Of a stretch of 64,000 nucleotides of DNA, positions 28,091-38,669 are shown one piece after another. The position numbers and the translations under genes are program-made. The notes under the pieces are model-generated. The model was not told the origin of the DNA. It saw nothing but the letters and a program-made list of their open reading frames with translations, and ran no database searches. Origin of the DNA: a virus; the IMG/VR virus record IMGVR_UViG_3300027896_005310, positions 6,305-70,304 of that record. One strand, 5' to 3'. The first letter of the stretch is position 1, and each line of letters begins with the position of its first letter.

Positions 28091-28825
28091 TTAAGATTTC
28101 CTCATCTCTCCGAGAACTTTTTTTACAATTCCCGCATAATCTATTTCAGAGGTATATCCCTTAATAATATTTTTATAACTATTAAATTTTTCTGCTGCAT
28201 GTACAATATTATTGTATAAATAAGTTTTCTTTTGTTTATCTGAAAAGATCGTTAAACCAAATCCCTGCTCACTATTTCCAGCTAATCTTAAAGAATAATT
28301 TTTTTTATCTCCATCTATAATTACTTCTCTTGCATATTTAACATCTACTCTGTCTGAATAAATTCTATTAATACCTTCTTGTACTAATTCTTTATTATCA
28401 AATGCTGTGATAGTTTTTTTAAAAGCGCCTGCTTTTGAATATCCTCGATTATAAAGATTTGAAATGTGTACAATTATGGGATTTAACTCTTCTTTAATAA
28501 AATCTTCTAATACTCTGTGGGGTTTTATTTTTTCAAAATAACGATGACTTAATTCATTTTGAAATGAAGGATAAGCTTTATCTTGATTTACCACAGGAGG
28601 TTCTAGAATAGGATTTATTTTAATAAGATCCCAAGGATCTTCATATCCCTCACCGTTAGGCCATTGTACTATCACTTTATTAGTTGAGGGTATGACTGCT
28701 ATTACAATTCCAGTATAGGGAGTTTTAATGTTATCTGTGATAACTTTTTTAACTACATCTCCCTTACTGAAATTAAATGGGTTGACCCTCATAGGGTATA
28801 GGTCAGAAGAAAAAATTCTGTTCAT
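28091..28825 (-). CDS. hypothetical protein with SH3/KOW-like N-terminus
   Basis: FSKGDVVKK..YTGIVIAV..KVIVQWP. Confidence 0.55.
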   Translation of the reverse strand: MNRIFSSDLYPMRVNPFNFSKGDVVKKVITDNIKTPYTGIVIAVIPSTNKVIVQWPNGEGYEDPWDLIKINPILEPPVVNQDKAYPSFQNELSHRYFEKIKPHRVLEDFIKEELNPIIVHISNLYNRGYSKAGAFKKTITAFDNKELVQEGINRIYSDRVDVKYAREVIIDGDKKNYSLRLAGNSEQGFGLTIFSDKQKKTYLYNNIVHAAEKFNSYKNIIKGYTSEIDYAGIVKKVLGEMRKS

Positions 28826-28859
28826 TTAAAAAACCCCAATAAAATATTAAAAAATCAAA

Positions 28860-29750
28860 TTATTTCTTTAATTTTGCAGCTACCATACTTTTAATAGTAT
28901 TTCGCAAATTTTGGGCTACTTCAGCTTCATTATAATTATCGGAAGGCTGAGGTACTTTTTGTCCATCTTGGCGAATTTCAGTAGGTTCGTGACGAGTGAT
29001 TACTTCTTTATGGTCTCCACCGTCTTGATCTGCAGTAAATTTATCCATATAAGGTTCGTCTGGATCACGTTTTAAAGCTCCTGTACCTCCAAAAGAACTC
29101 ATATAACGAGCTTCATCTTCATCATATGCCCAAGATCCACTACCAATTCCCATAGCTTCTTTTTCTATAGCAGCAGTTTTCTCTTCTTTAAGAGCTGAAA
29201 CTTCGATTAGATCAGATAAACGATCTATACGATATGCTAAATGTTGTTTCATTTCTGGTGCGATACCTTCAATTTGTTCAATCTCACTAGCTAAACTGTC
29301 TAAATGAGCTGTAAAACTTCTTGCTTCTTTAATTGTCTTAAACATATCTCCTCCAATTTTTACATTATTTTCATTATTTATATATGTAGGAATAACTTTA
29401 TAAATAAAACCTTCTATATCAATATTTAATTTTTTACCAAATGTTTTGAATTTTCTTTCTAAATTAGTAATAAACCTACTCATATCTCTATCAGAAATTT
29501 CACTATTTTTTTCAAATTTTTCTGTTAATTCTTCTAAAAGATTTTTTTGAATAATACCTTTAATAGAATTTTCATTTACATGTATAGGAAAATTATGTCC
29601 ATGAGATAATTCCATATAAAGAGTATCTATCATTTCTTCATCTATAAAATCTTTTAAAGATTTATAAGTAGTTATTTCCTTATCATCTTCCATTTCTATA
29701 ACTTTTTTACCATCATATCTGTATACTTTACTCATCTTCTTAAACTCCAC
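28860..29750 (-). CDS. hypothetical head-module protein with internal in-frame start at 29345
   Basis: 296-aa ORF; internal GGAGGAGATATG. Confidence 0.6.
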   Translation of the reverse strand: MEFKKMSKVYRYDGKKVIEMEDDKEITTYKSLKDFIDEEMIDTLYMELSHGHNFPIHVNENSIKGIIQKNLLEELTEKFEKNSEISDRDMSRFITNLERKFKTFGKKLNIDIEGFIYKVIPTYINNENNVKIGGDMFKTIKEARSFTAHLDSLASEIEQIEGIAPEMKQHLAYRIDRLSDLIEVSALKEEKTAAIEKEAMGIGSGSWAYDEDEARYMSSFGGTGALKRDPDEPYMDKFTADQDGGDHKEVITRHEPTEIRQDGQKVPQPSDNYNEAEVAQNLRNTIKSMVAAKLKK

Positions 29751-30111
29751 TTTTTACTTTAGAACTTAAAACCTTATATAATACTTCATAAGTAGGGCTG
29801 TTTATTTTTGATTGAAACTTCCCATTATCTAAAGTATGAATAGTATATTGCAAAGCTGCATTTAAAGCAGTACTGGGAATTATTGTATAAAGATCTTTAT
29901 CTAAAGAAGAATGCGCTGCTGTTACGATATTCTTTAAATCTTCTTTAGTAATATCTCTAACATCCGCATAATTCCATCTTTCAGGTCTATCACTCATAGG
30001 TCCATATAGATTACGAGGTTGTTTGACTTGATCTTCTATAATTCTCTGTGTATGAAAATATCCCTCAGAGGAATTTAAAAAAGAAGTGACGATTCTTTTA
30101 ACTTGGTCCAT
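29740..30111 (-). CDS. hypothetical protein
   Basis: 123 aa; N-terminal VKRIVTSFL motif. Confidence 0.55.
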   Translation of the reverse strand: MDQVKRIVTSFLNSSEGYFHTQRIIEDQVKQPRNLYGPMSDRPERWNYADVRDITKEDLKNIVTAAHSSLDKDLYTIIPSTALNAALQYTIHTLDNGKFQSKINSPTYEVLYKVLSSKVKSGV

Positions 30112-30210
30112 TAATAAAATCCTTAGCTTTTACATCTGTAAATACTAGAAAAGAATAAATATTAGTAAAATAATTATTTTTACAGAATAATGTGATATAT
30201 TAGTAAAAAA

Positions 30211-31002
30211 TTATACTTTTTTCCAAGCATCAATTTCATAACTTAATTTGAAATTATTATTTCTGACAAAATTAGCAGTATCTAATATACTATCAAAAAT
30301 GCCCATATCTGTCCAAAAAGAATTTATTTTATAACCTATGCATTTATTTTCTTTCACATAGGTCATATTTAAATCGGTTACTTCTAATTCTCCTCTAGTT
30401 GAGGGTTTTAAAGTTTCAATTCGATCAAATAAAGTATTGTCATAAAAATATAATCCAGTGACAGCTAAATTAGTGGGGGGATTTTTAGGTTTTTCTATAA
30501 TATTGTTTATTTTTAAACCTGAATTAAGAATATCTAATTCTAAATCAACAAAATCTACTTCTGCTACCCCAAATCTTTCAGGATCAGATACTTCTTTTAA
30601 AAAAAGTCCACAACCTAAATTATTTTGAGATTCAAATTCTTTTACTTGTTTGGATATGTCTTCCTCAAAAAAATTATCTCCCAAAATCACAGCACATTTA
30701 TCATGAATGCTGCCTTTAGCTTGATAGATTGCATGAGATATTCCTTTGGGTTCATTTTGATGGACATAAGTAAGTTTTTTAATTTCAAATTCTCTACCGT
30801 CACCTAAAACTGAAACCACTTGTCCATTATATCTTCCCCCTAAAATACAAACTATGTCTGTAATTCCAGCTTTTACTAATGTATTTAAAGGATATTCCAA
30901 TACTAAACGATCATAAACTAAAGCTAATGCTTTATTTGTAACACGTTTTGTGAATAAATTTAAACGAGTTCCAAGGCCACCTAAAATTAATACTCCCTGC
31001 AT
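30211..31002 (-). CDS. rmlA: glucose-1-phosphate thymidylyltransferase-like nucleotidyltransferase
   Basis: GVLILGGLGTRL, QNEPKGISHA, ILGDN, DPERFGVAE, EKP, AVTGLYFYD, RGELEVTD, WTDMG. Confidence 0.85.
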   Translation of the reverse strand: MQGVLILGGLGTRLNLFTKRVTNKALALVYDRLVLEYPLNTLVKAGITDIVCILGGRYNGQVVSVLGDGREFEIKKLTYVHQNEPKGISHAIYQAKGSIHDKCAVILGDNFFEEDISKQVKEFESQNNLGCGLFLKEVSDPERFGVAEVDFVDLELDILNSGLKINNIIEKPKNPPTNLAVTGLYFYDNTLFDRIETLKPSTRGELEVTDLNMTYVKENKCIGYKINSFWTDMGIFDSILDTANFVRNNNFKLSYEIDAWKKV

Positions 31003-32300
31003 AAATTTTTTTCTCCTAAATTACGTTTTATTTTTAATCGACTAGCTTTATCTTGAATACTTTTCCAATTTTTATTTTTTATTTTTTCTAAAATATATTC
31101 TTTACTTTCAAAAGAATATATTTTTTCTAATAATAAAATTTCATCTTCAGTCCATTTATTTTTGGTTTTAAGTAATTTAAAAAAAGATAATCTATGTTTT
31201 ATACTTTTTTTTGATCTATTAGGTAATAATATATATAAATTTTTTATATTTTTATAATATTTTTTTAAAATTATATCTTCATTTTCAGTCCAATATACAG
31301 GCGTTTTGTATTTATTTAAATTTATTTTTAAATCTAAATCTTTTATTAAAAAAGAAATTTTATGATTTTTATATACTTTATATAAAATAGCTGGAAATTT
31401 AGGATAAAAATTTTTAAATTCTATATAAGTAGAATATTTCTTAAATTTACTAATAAATTCTAAAAATTTAATTTTTAATTTTTCTTTATCTATTTCTCTT
31501 AATTTTTCTTGATTTTCAATTTTTAAAGACTCCATAGAACCAAACATTTTTTCTATAGTTCTTTGATGTATTCCGATTTTTTTCATAAAAATACTAACAG
31601 ATAAAAAACTTTCTTCCTCGGAATATAATTTTAAAAAAAGATTATTAACTTCCTCTTTTGTAAAAAAAGTATCATTGTCTTCTATTATTATTTTATTTGA
31701 AAATAATTTAATTAATTTATTGTAAAATTTTTCATTTATTATAACAATTTTGATATTTGGATTTTCTTTTATAAAAGAAAGATATTTATTATTTCTTGCA
31801 TATCCTTTTATCTCATAAAATTTATTCTTATTTGGAATATAAAAATCAGGAGTATAAGAATGTCCATTTTTTAAAAAAAAAGTATATTTTTCATATTCAT
31901 AATAAATATTTAAATATTTTAATATTCTAGCAAAATTAGCTTCCCAACTAGATCGTACATAATGATTTAAATCTTTTCTAAAACCTGCTTTACTATGAGG
32001 AGGAGGTTTTCCAAACATAGCATTATTATATCCTTTTGATTTACCATTTATTTTTTGAGTTTCAGAACCTTTTTGAATAGATTTTTTTATTTTAGGGTGA
32101 TTTTTAGTTAAACCTTTATTCCAAAAATGTATTATAGAAATATTATTTTGAATCATAATTTTTCTTAAAGTTTTTGGATTAATTTTAAATTTAAAATGAT
32201 TTAAAATATCTTTAAGAGAACTACCTTTTTGATAAAAATTTCTAATTTCTTCTATTTTAGAAATTACTTCTTGAATATTGTTATGTTGATCTTTTGTCAT
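30987..32300 (-). CDS. free-standing PD-(D/E)XK endonuclease with NUMOD3-like and Myb-like repeats
   Basis: NAMFGK; RSSWEANFARIL..YTPDF..EIKG; WTENED and WTEDE repeats. Confidence 0.7.
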   Translation of the reverse strand: MTKDQHNNIQEVISKIEEIRNFYQKGSSLKDILNHFKFKINPKTLRKIMIQNNISIIHFWNKGLTKNHPKIKKSIQKGSETQKINGKSKGYNNAMFGKPPPHSKAGFRKDLNHYVRSSWEANFARILKYLNIYYEYEKYTFFLKNGHSYTPDFYIPNKNKFYEIKGYARNNKYLSFIKENPNIKIVIINEKFYNKLIKLFSNKIIIEDNDTFFTKEEVNNLFLKLYSEEESFLSVSIFMKKIGIHQRTIEKMFGSMESLKIENQEKLREIDKEKLKIKFLEFISKFKKYSTYIEFKNFYPKFPAILYKVYKNHKISFLIKDLDLKINLNKYKTPVYWTENEDIILKKYYKNIKNLYILLPNRSKKSIKHRLSFFKLLKTKNKWTEDEILLLEKIYSFESKEYILEKIKNKNWKSIQDKASRLKIKRNLGEKNLCREY

Positions 32301-32362
32301 ATAAATTTTTCCTTTTATTTGAAATTATACAATAAAAGAAAAAATTTATAAAAAATCAAATA

Positions 32363-33025
32363 TCATTCTGTTTTATTATTTTCTAAACCTTCTTCTGCTT
32401 GATTAATAATATCATCTGCTTCTTCTACTGTTTTTTGAAAAGATTCCATTTCTTCTGTTTGTTTTTTCCAATGAGGAGAATTAATTTCATCATAAAAAGT
32501 ATCTAATAATTCACTTACTACATTTACAGTATTAGATAAAGCTGCTCTAATATCTTTGATCCCTTTGACAAATCCAATTCCCCCCATACGTCCATCTGGA
32601 GATATTTGTGAAGATTTAATTTTTGCAAAAATATTGTTAGCTTTTACCATATTTTGAAAAGCTGTGCCCAAACATTTATATGTTGCTGCAACAGAATTCA
32701 TGCCTTCTTCTTTAAGAGGAAATCCTTTAATATATTGTCTATTAACATCTGTGTCAGATGTATCTTTAATATGTTTTATTTCGCCAGCAGTTCTAATTCT
32801 TTTAAGAGCTATTTTTTTAGCTAATATAATTTCTTCTTCTTCAGACAATTTTTTTATATCAATTTCTTCAGAAAGTTTCATATCATTTTCCTCTTTTGAA
32901 CGATCTTTTTTATCTAGCGGATCGTCTAATGTTTTATGTTTTCTCCTCAAATCATAACGAGGTGGTTTTTCTTGAGGAGCAGAATATTCATTTCCCCCAT
33001 CGGGATTATATTTTTTTCTAGGCAT
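32363..33025 (-). CDS. hypothetical head-module protein
   Basis: 220-aa ORF in operon downstream of portal. Confidence 0.6.
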   Translation of the reverse strand: MPRKKYNPDGGNEYSAPQEKPPRYDLRRKHKTLDDPLDKKDRSKEENDMKLSEEIDIKKLSEEEEIILAKKIALKRIRTAGEIKHIKDTSDTDVNRQYIKGFPLKEEGMNSVAATYKCLGTAFQNMVKANNIFAKIKSSQISPDGRMGGIGFVKGIKDIRAALSNTVNVVSELLDTFYDEINSPHWKKQTEEMESFQKTVEEADDIINQAEEGLENNKTE

Positions 33026-33029
33026 TTTA

Positions 33030-33671
33030 TTATCCGTAAATTACTTTACCAAATATTATATATTGTACATAAGCAGAAATTGCTTCAGCATCAAAAGATC
33101 CTGTTGTAGATTTTTCATTGAGATGCAATCCAGGTAATTTATGTGATTTTAAAGCAGTTATAAATTTGTCCAACCCATGCAATGCTTTTTCTTTATTTAT
33201 TTTATACTCTTTTCCTTCTTCTTCATCTTCAATATGAAATTCTAAACTTTCATAATTCCAAGAAATAGGTCTTAACCCCGAACCAGATAAAGCTTCAGGA
33301 ATGTTCTCTAACAATTCTTTTGCTACCTGTAATTTTTCTTTTGGATTTAATTTTTCAGCTAAAGGATATATTTCTTTTTCAGCTGATTTTTTATTTAAAT
33401 CTTCATTCGCTTTATCTTCTAATTCTTCTAATCTATTTGTCCCATCAGGAGCTATATAATATAATGGAGCTTCGTTAAGATGATCGAGGGAAATTCCTTT
33501 ATAATACTCATTTAAAGATTTTATATCTTCTTTTTTAACATCCTCTATAATTCTTTCTATTGTCTTTTTATGTTCTTCTTCTATTTCAATGCCCTTCTCA
33601 ATTTGTTTTGGGTCAAATTTAGTATCTTCTTCTATTATAGCTAATACTTTTTTCAAAAAATTTTTATTCAT
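33030..33671 (-). CDS. hypothetical protein, DUF5661-like N-terminal domain
   Basis: QIEKGIEIEEEH...SLDHLNEAPLYY pattern; AAGGAG RBS. Confidence 0.55.
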   Translation of the reverse strand: MNKNFLKKVLAIIEEDTKFDPKQIEKGIEIEEEHKKTIERIIEDVKKEDIKSLNEYYKGISLDHLNEAPLYYIAPDGTNRLEELEDKANEDLNKKSAEKEIYPLAEKLNPKEKLQVAKELLENIPEALSGSGLRPISWNYESLEFHIEDEEEGKEYKINKEKALHGLDKFITALKSHKLPGLHLNEKSTTGSFDAEAISAYVQYIIFGKVIYG

Positions 33672-33686
33672 AATAAATGACTCTCC

Positions 33687-35333
33687 TTATTTAAAACGTT
33701 CTTCGCCAGGTACAGGTTCTTCTCCTGCTTCTGGAGCTTTCCATCTTAGCTTCATGTAATTAGCTACCCTTTCTGCTAAATCTGTATTTTCTACTACCTG
33801 ATCCGCTATAGGTTGTGCTAAAGCATTCAAAATATCATTAAATCGAGAGTCATTTACTGTCAGCATATCTTTTTCCATCTCTTCTTTAGCAGAAATTGCA
33901 TCCAAACCTAATAAATCTAAAATATAAGATAAAGGTAATGATCCCTTCTGATATAAATCGAATAATTGATTAAAAATAGCATCATTATCTCTAATTGCTA
34001 ATCGAGTAAAAGATAATTTAGGATATAATAATTGTTTGTTGCCAAATTTATCATATTCCCAAAAACCTTTTTTAAGTGCTACTGGTTTAAAAATATGATT
34101 CTCTACAAAATCCTGAATTACTTCTCTAAAAAGCATATATTGCGTATTAATAATCTCTAAAGAAATTTTTTCTCCTCCATAAGTTGCTTCTCCAGTCAAA
34201 AGTCCTACCGTGACACCTAATCCAGCTGATAAACGCTTTTCTAATTCAGCATATTCATCTGCTAAATGTAAAATACGTCCATCAGATCCCATCTCATTCC
34301 ATATAATTTCATAGTTAGCAATAATAGAATAATCAGGATCTACTAATGAAGCATCTACTTGCTCTCTCAATGAGTCTATATCATCCCACGATGCTTTAGG
34401 AGCAGATACTACCCTCATAGGAGTCATATGCCTTGATGCAATTTGTGACTGGGCCTGTCTGTATTTATCCATCAATAGCAAGGATCTCAAACAAGAATCT
34501 AAGATAGAAGATCCAGCCTCTTCATAATCTCCAGTCTTTCGCATTAATTCTACTAAATGAGATCCCTTATAGGGATCTGTTTCAAAGAATAGGGGTTGAG
34601 CAGACTCTAAACTTTCTTTTAAATCAATTGGCATATCTTTTAAAATTTCTTCCATATCTTTTTCCATATATGGATTAGTCGCCATTTGTCTAATAATATT
34701 TCTAGTGTCAGTAGGGACTACTAATTCTGCTTTAATTTTATCTGTAAACTGCCATCTAGTAATTTTTACCATATCAGGAGGAAGAATTTGTATTCTTTCT
34801 AGACCTTGGTAATCGGGTAATTGACTATCGTATTTTTTTCTTAATTCTTTAGCTGCATTAGACATTTGTAGAACAGAATCAATATTGAAAAGAGGATCAT
34901 TTTGAGGACCATTTTCGGAACCATCTTCTAAAAAAATATAACAAACTCCCATCAAATAATATTCATGCGAAAGAGCTAATAATTTTTTAAATAGTTGTAG
35001 TCTATCAGACATACTTTGAAAAAAAGTTAAAATATATTGAGATTTTTCTGTATCTTGACATTTAGGCGGTATGAGTCTAATTCGAGATAGAGGAAGTTCA
35101 CTATGTAAATCTATTGATCTACGTACCATTTCATTATAAGCATAAAAAAATCTATACCAAGCTCTACGTTCTTTTAAGTTTTGTGGAAGTTCGAGGAAAT
35201 CTTTAGACAATATTGGTGAATAAAAATCACTAAACATCGCCTCATGAATATTTTCGCCTCCTCCAGCACGTTTTTTAAATCCTGTAGAAACAGTAGCATA
35301 TCTTTTATTTTTAAAAGTCGGATTTTTGTTCAA
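33687..35333 (-). CDS. portal protein
   Basis: 548 aa close downstream of large terminase; VRRSIDLHSELPLS..LSAGLGV..LLTGE..FVENHIFKPVA helical pattern; TTG start. Confidence 0.75.
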   Translation of the reverse strand: MNKNPTFKNKRYATVSTGFKKRAGGGENIHEAMFSDFYSPILSKDFLELPQNLKERRAWYRFFYAYNEMVRRSIDLHSELPLSRIRLIPPKCQDTEKSQYILTFFQSMSDRLQLFKKLLALSHEYYLMGVCYIFLEDGSENGPQNDPLFNIDSVLQMSNAAKELRKKYDSQLPDYQGLERIQILPPDMVKITRWQFTDKIKAELVVPTDTRNIIRQMATNPYMEKDMEEILKDMPIDLKESLESAQPLFFETDPYKGSHLVELMRKTGDYEEAGSSILDSCLRSLLLMDKYRQAQSQIASRHMTPMRVVSAPKASWDDIDSLREQVDASLVDPDYSIIANYEIIWNEMGSDGRILHLADEYAELEKRLSAGLGVTVGLLTGEATYGGEKISLEIINTQYMLFREVIQDFVENHIFKPVALKKGFWEYDKFGNKQLLYPKLSFTRLAIRDNDAIFNQLFDLYQKGSLPLSYILDLLGLDAISAKEEMEKDMLTVNDSRFNDILNALAQPIADQVVENTDLAERVANYMKLRWKAPEAGEEPVPGEERFK

Positions 35334-35338
35334 GTTAA

Positions 35339-35806
35339 TTAATCCTTTTTCGTATCAACAATCTCATTGATATCTAATCTTTTAAGACAATCAGAACCCA
35401 ATCTTAAATTATCTAAATTACTTTTAAGAGATCCTACATAATTATTTGTTTTATTAAAATTTTCTAAATTATATAACTTAAATATTTTGTCATCTAAAAT
35501 AGAAATATCTTTACAAATTTTAGTATATAAATCTTTTATTTCTTTATCTAATTCTATAGGGTCTTCTTTTTTTTCAAGCCTCAAAGATAATATATATCTA
35601 GAAGCAGAATTTAATTTATCTATACCCCTCTTAATAAATATAAGTTTATTATTATTAGAAAGTTCATTCTCTTTATATATAGAATAAAAAATTTCTTGCA
35701 ATTCTTTTATTCCTTTCTTTAATATATTAATTTTAGAATCTATGTTAGAAAATTTTTCATTGTTTTGTTTTCTTTTATTTATAGAAGAAATATTCTTATC
35801 TACCAT
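35339..35806 (-). CDS. hypothetical protein
   Basis: 155-aa ORF between terminase and portal. Confidence 0.55.
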   Translation of the reverse strand: MVDKNISSINKRKQNNEKFSNIDSKINILKKGIKELQEIFYSIYKENELSNNNKLIFIKRGIDKLNSASRYILSLRLEKKEDPIELDKEIKDLYTKICKDISILDDKIFKLYNLENFNKTNNYVGSLKSNLDNLRLGSDCLKRLDINEIVDTKKD

Positions 35807-38654
35807 TTTTAGTCATCCAATTATTAGCACGTTGACGACGTGAATTTCTTTTAGTATCAATTACATTATGTAATTTATTTTTCATCACTTGATATTGTGT
35901 AGTTGTTTGCATATAAGTATGCCTATTACTAGAAGTAGACATATTTCCAGAGACTAATCCTTTTCTCAAAGCATCAGATGCTAACCAAACGCTTCGAGCT
36001 AAAGCATCAGATAAATCATCATGACTTCCTTTCATTCTAGGGGATTCTACTTCAATTACATTTTTAGAATGTTGTTTTACTTGTAATTTAAGTAATTCGC
36101 TTATAAGAGCACCATCTGTATATTCATCAGGTTTTACATTATACAATCTTAATTTTCTGTCGATTATTAACATCATTAAATTTTGATAAATTTCAGAATT
36201 AAAATTTCTAGTGTGATATATAAGATCAAATTGAGGTAATCGTCTCTTACTCAAATTTTGAGCTACTACTATACCATTATGTTGATCTAAAAGACCTTTT
36301 ACCACATGAAATTTAGAACAAATTTCTGATATCCAATCAGCAATAGATTCAAAATCTAATATATCTAAATTTTCATACGGAGCAACGCCTGCTTGTCTAG
36401 ATTCAATATAATCTAACTCTATTTTATCTACTTTTTTTCCTTCCTCATCAGTTATTTGTGTAATATGGGTAACAGCTATAGCAGTACCATCTTCTTTGAA
36501 TCCTACATCTAATCCTAAAAAATGAGGAGTCCTAGATAATCCTACTTTTTTTGGTCTTAATTCAGGAACGATTACTTTTCTTAAATATTCTTCGGGCAAC
36601 CAAGATCTTATTCTGTCTGAAAATTCTGCTCCAAATTCACACTCATAAACTAAAGGATCAGCTTTATATCTAGATTTAAAAAATTCTGGAGTTAAATAAG
36701 GATTAATTTCCCAACTAGGAGCTTTTACCAACAAAAGATGTTCAGCTCCTTCCAAGGCTAAATTATGTAAATCCCACAACACTCCTGATTTAGTCAAAGG
36801 AGAAGAAATATTTATAATTCTTCCTTCTGATTTAAAAGTAGCTACCGAAGGAGTAATAGCATCATATACTGCTTTGTCTGATTTATTAGACTGTGTCTTT
36901 TCATCTACAAAGTGAGCTTGTTCGTCCATTATAACTAATAAATTACCCACCCCTCTCATAGCTCTAGCAGAGCAAGGAGATGATCTTACTATAATAGAAG
37001 ATTTTCCCTCATCTCCATATTTTTCTATATCTCTTCTACTTCTAATTAAAACTTTATCTGCTAGGGGTTTTCCCATGTATCTATGAAAATAATTACATTG
37101 TGAAAAATGTCCTAAAATTACTCTAAATAGAGTATTAGCTTGATCTTCCGTAGTAGCAATAGTAGTTAATTGAATTTCAGCATCAGGAAGTAATCCAAAA
37201 TATTTTTGAGGATGATATATTTTTAATATTCTATAAGTCTCATAAGCAGCTATCCAAGAAGATATGGTAGAATTATGAGAAATAATATCATTGCCTATTA
37301 TATTTGTTCCTTTTACTTCCAAAGAAACTGTTGGCATTCTTCCTACATCTTTAACTTCTTTTATTGTATCCCAATATACTTTTGCATTAACCAAATTTAG
37401 CATTAACTCATCTTTAACTTTGTGTACTTTTCCTACAGAAAATCTTCTACTTCCAAATCTTGTGTATTTTGCTCTCAAATAAGCACCGGGAGGTAATCCA
37501 CTCCACGCATTAAATTGAGCTGTACTCCTTTTTGCACTTCCTGCTAATACACTCAATTCTTTTTCTTTTTTAAATATACCTATTTCTTTTTCAAATCTAA
37601 GAACATTTTCTTTATTAGCTATAGCAAGAGACCAAAAAGATAAATTACTTTTTGGAGGGCGTATTAATGTTATAATTCCAAATTTTAAAAGTTCTCTTTG
37701 TATATCTTCTACAAATTCTTTAAAAGGATAATAAAAATATAAAAATCCCCTATCTGTATTTTTTCTCATTTCTATTTGAGTAGTATAATAAAAAATTATA
37801 TTTAAAAATTTTTTTAATTCATTTTTGGGAGATTTTTTAATTACATCTGGAATTTTTCTATGTCTATAAGAATTTTTTTCTATACCATATTGATGAGCAA
37901 GCATTTCTGCTCTAATTTCTCCAATAGATGCTGTACCAAATAAATCTTGAGAAGAAGCTATTGCAACAAAATCTCCTTTTTTTAAATTACTAGCTTCTAC
38001 CCATCCTGGTTCTTCCTGCTCATTCTGCCACACTAAATAGGGATGATTTTTAGTTACTATTTCGCTTCTACCTAAAGTAGTAGTAACTTTCACTGTTTCC
38101 TGTATCCCATTATTCTCTGCTAATATATCATAAGTTATTTTTTTATTCCAATTCTCATCGTAAGTGAATATTCCTATTTTCTCACCTTTTTTTAATCTAT
38201 CTAAAAGTTCTCGATAATTTAATGTACCTTCCGTAGTAGTAATTTCAGAATATTCCCAAACACATTTAGTTCCTCGTCTTCCTATTATTAGTACTAGTTC
38301 ATTCCTAACCTTATCATCTATATATCTTATATTACATCTACCCTCATTATATAAATAATTTAAATACTCTTGTTCGGTAAATTCATATAAGATATGCTCA
38401 TTAAATTTATCTCTTACTATTATTGTTTTTATCTTATCATTTAAAGGTATTTTATAATATAACTTCAAAATAAATTTTTGACCGGGCATTAGAGGAAGAG
38501 TTTTTTCATTAAGATTAAGTCCCCAAGGCGCTTCTAAAAAAGTAATAATATCTTTAATATCAGATTCATTTCCTGCATCTTTTGCAAAATTAGAAGCTAA
38601 TCTACTTATTGAATTAGAATTGAAATTAGTAGTAGGAGGATAATTAGGTTTGAT
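35796..38654 (-). CDS. terL: terminase large subunit, intein-containing, probable ATC start at 38654
   Basis: Walker A GRRGTK/S split by intein, Walker B VIMDE, ISSP, nuclease GLDVG and HDDLSDA; frame open 55 codons upstream of the ATG to an ATC preceded by AAGGAG. Confidence 0.85.
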   Translation of the reverse strand: MKPNYPPTTNFNSNSISRLASNFAKDAGNESDIKDIITFLEAPWGLNLNEKTLPLMPGQKFILKLYYKIPLNDKIKTIIVRDKFNEHILYEFTEQEYLNYLYNEGRCNIRYIDDKVRNELVLIIGRRGTKCVWEYSEITTTEGTLNYRELLDRLKKGEKIGIFTYDENWNKKITYDILAENNGIQETVKVTTTLGRSEIVTKNHPYLVWQNEQEEPGWVEASNLKKGDFVAIASSQDLFGTASIGEIRAEMLAHQYGIEKNSYRHRKIPDVIKKSPKNELKKFLNIIFYYTTQIEMRKNTDRGFLYFYYPFKEFVEDIQRELLKFGIITLIRPPKSNLSFWSLAIANKENVLRFEKEIGIFKKEKELSVLAGSAKRSTAQFNAWSGLPPGAYLRAKYTRFGSRRFSVGKVHKVKDELMLNLVNAKVYWDTIKEVKDVGRMPTVSLEVKGTNIIGNDIISHNSTISSWIAAYETYRILKIYHPQKYFGLLPDAEIQLTTIATTEDQANTLFRVILGHFSQCNYFHRYMGKPLADKVLIRSRRDIEKYGDEGKSSIIVRSSPCSARAMRGVGNLLVIMDEQAHFVDEKTQSNKSDKAVYDAITPSVATFKSEGRIINISSPLTKSGVLWDLHNLALEGAEHLLLVKAPSWEINPYLTPEFFKSRYKADPLVYECEFGAEFSDRIRSWLPEEYLRKVIVPELRPKKVGLSRTPHFLGLDVGFKEDGTAIAVTHITQITDEEGKKVDKIELDYIESRQAGVAPYENLDILDFESIADWISEICSKFHVVKGLLDQHNGIVVAQNLSKRRLPQFDLIYHTRNFNSEIYQNLMMLIIDRKLRLYNVKPDEYTDGALISELLKLQVKQHSKNVIEVESPRMKGSHDDLSDALARSVWLASDALRKGLVSGNMSTSSNRHTYMQTTTQYQVMKNKLHNVIDTKRNSRRQRANNWMTKNGR
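37272..38264 (-). mobile_element. 331-aa intein with degenerate LAGLIDADG core
   Basis: starts CVWEYSEI after GTK; block B VTKNHPY; ends IISHN followed by S. Confidence 0.88.
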
Positions 38655-38669
38655 GAGTTTCTCCTTTTT

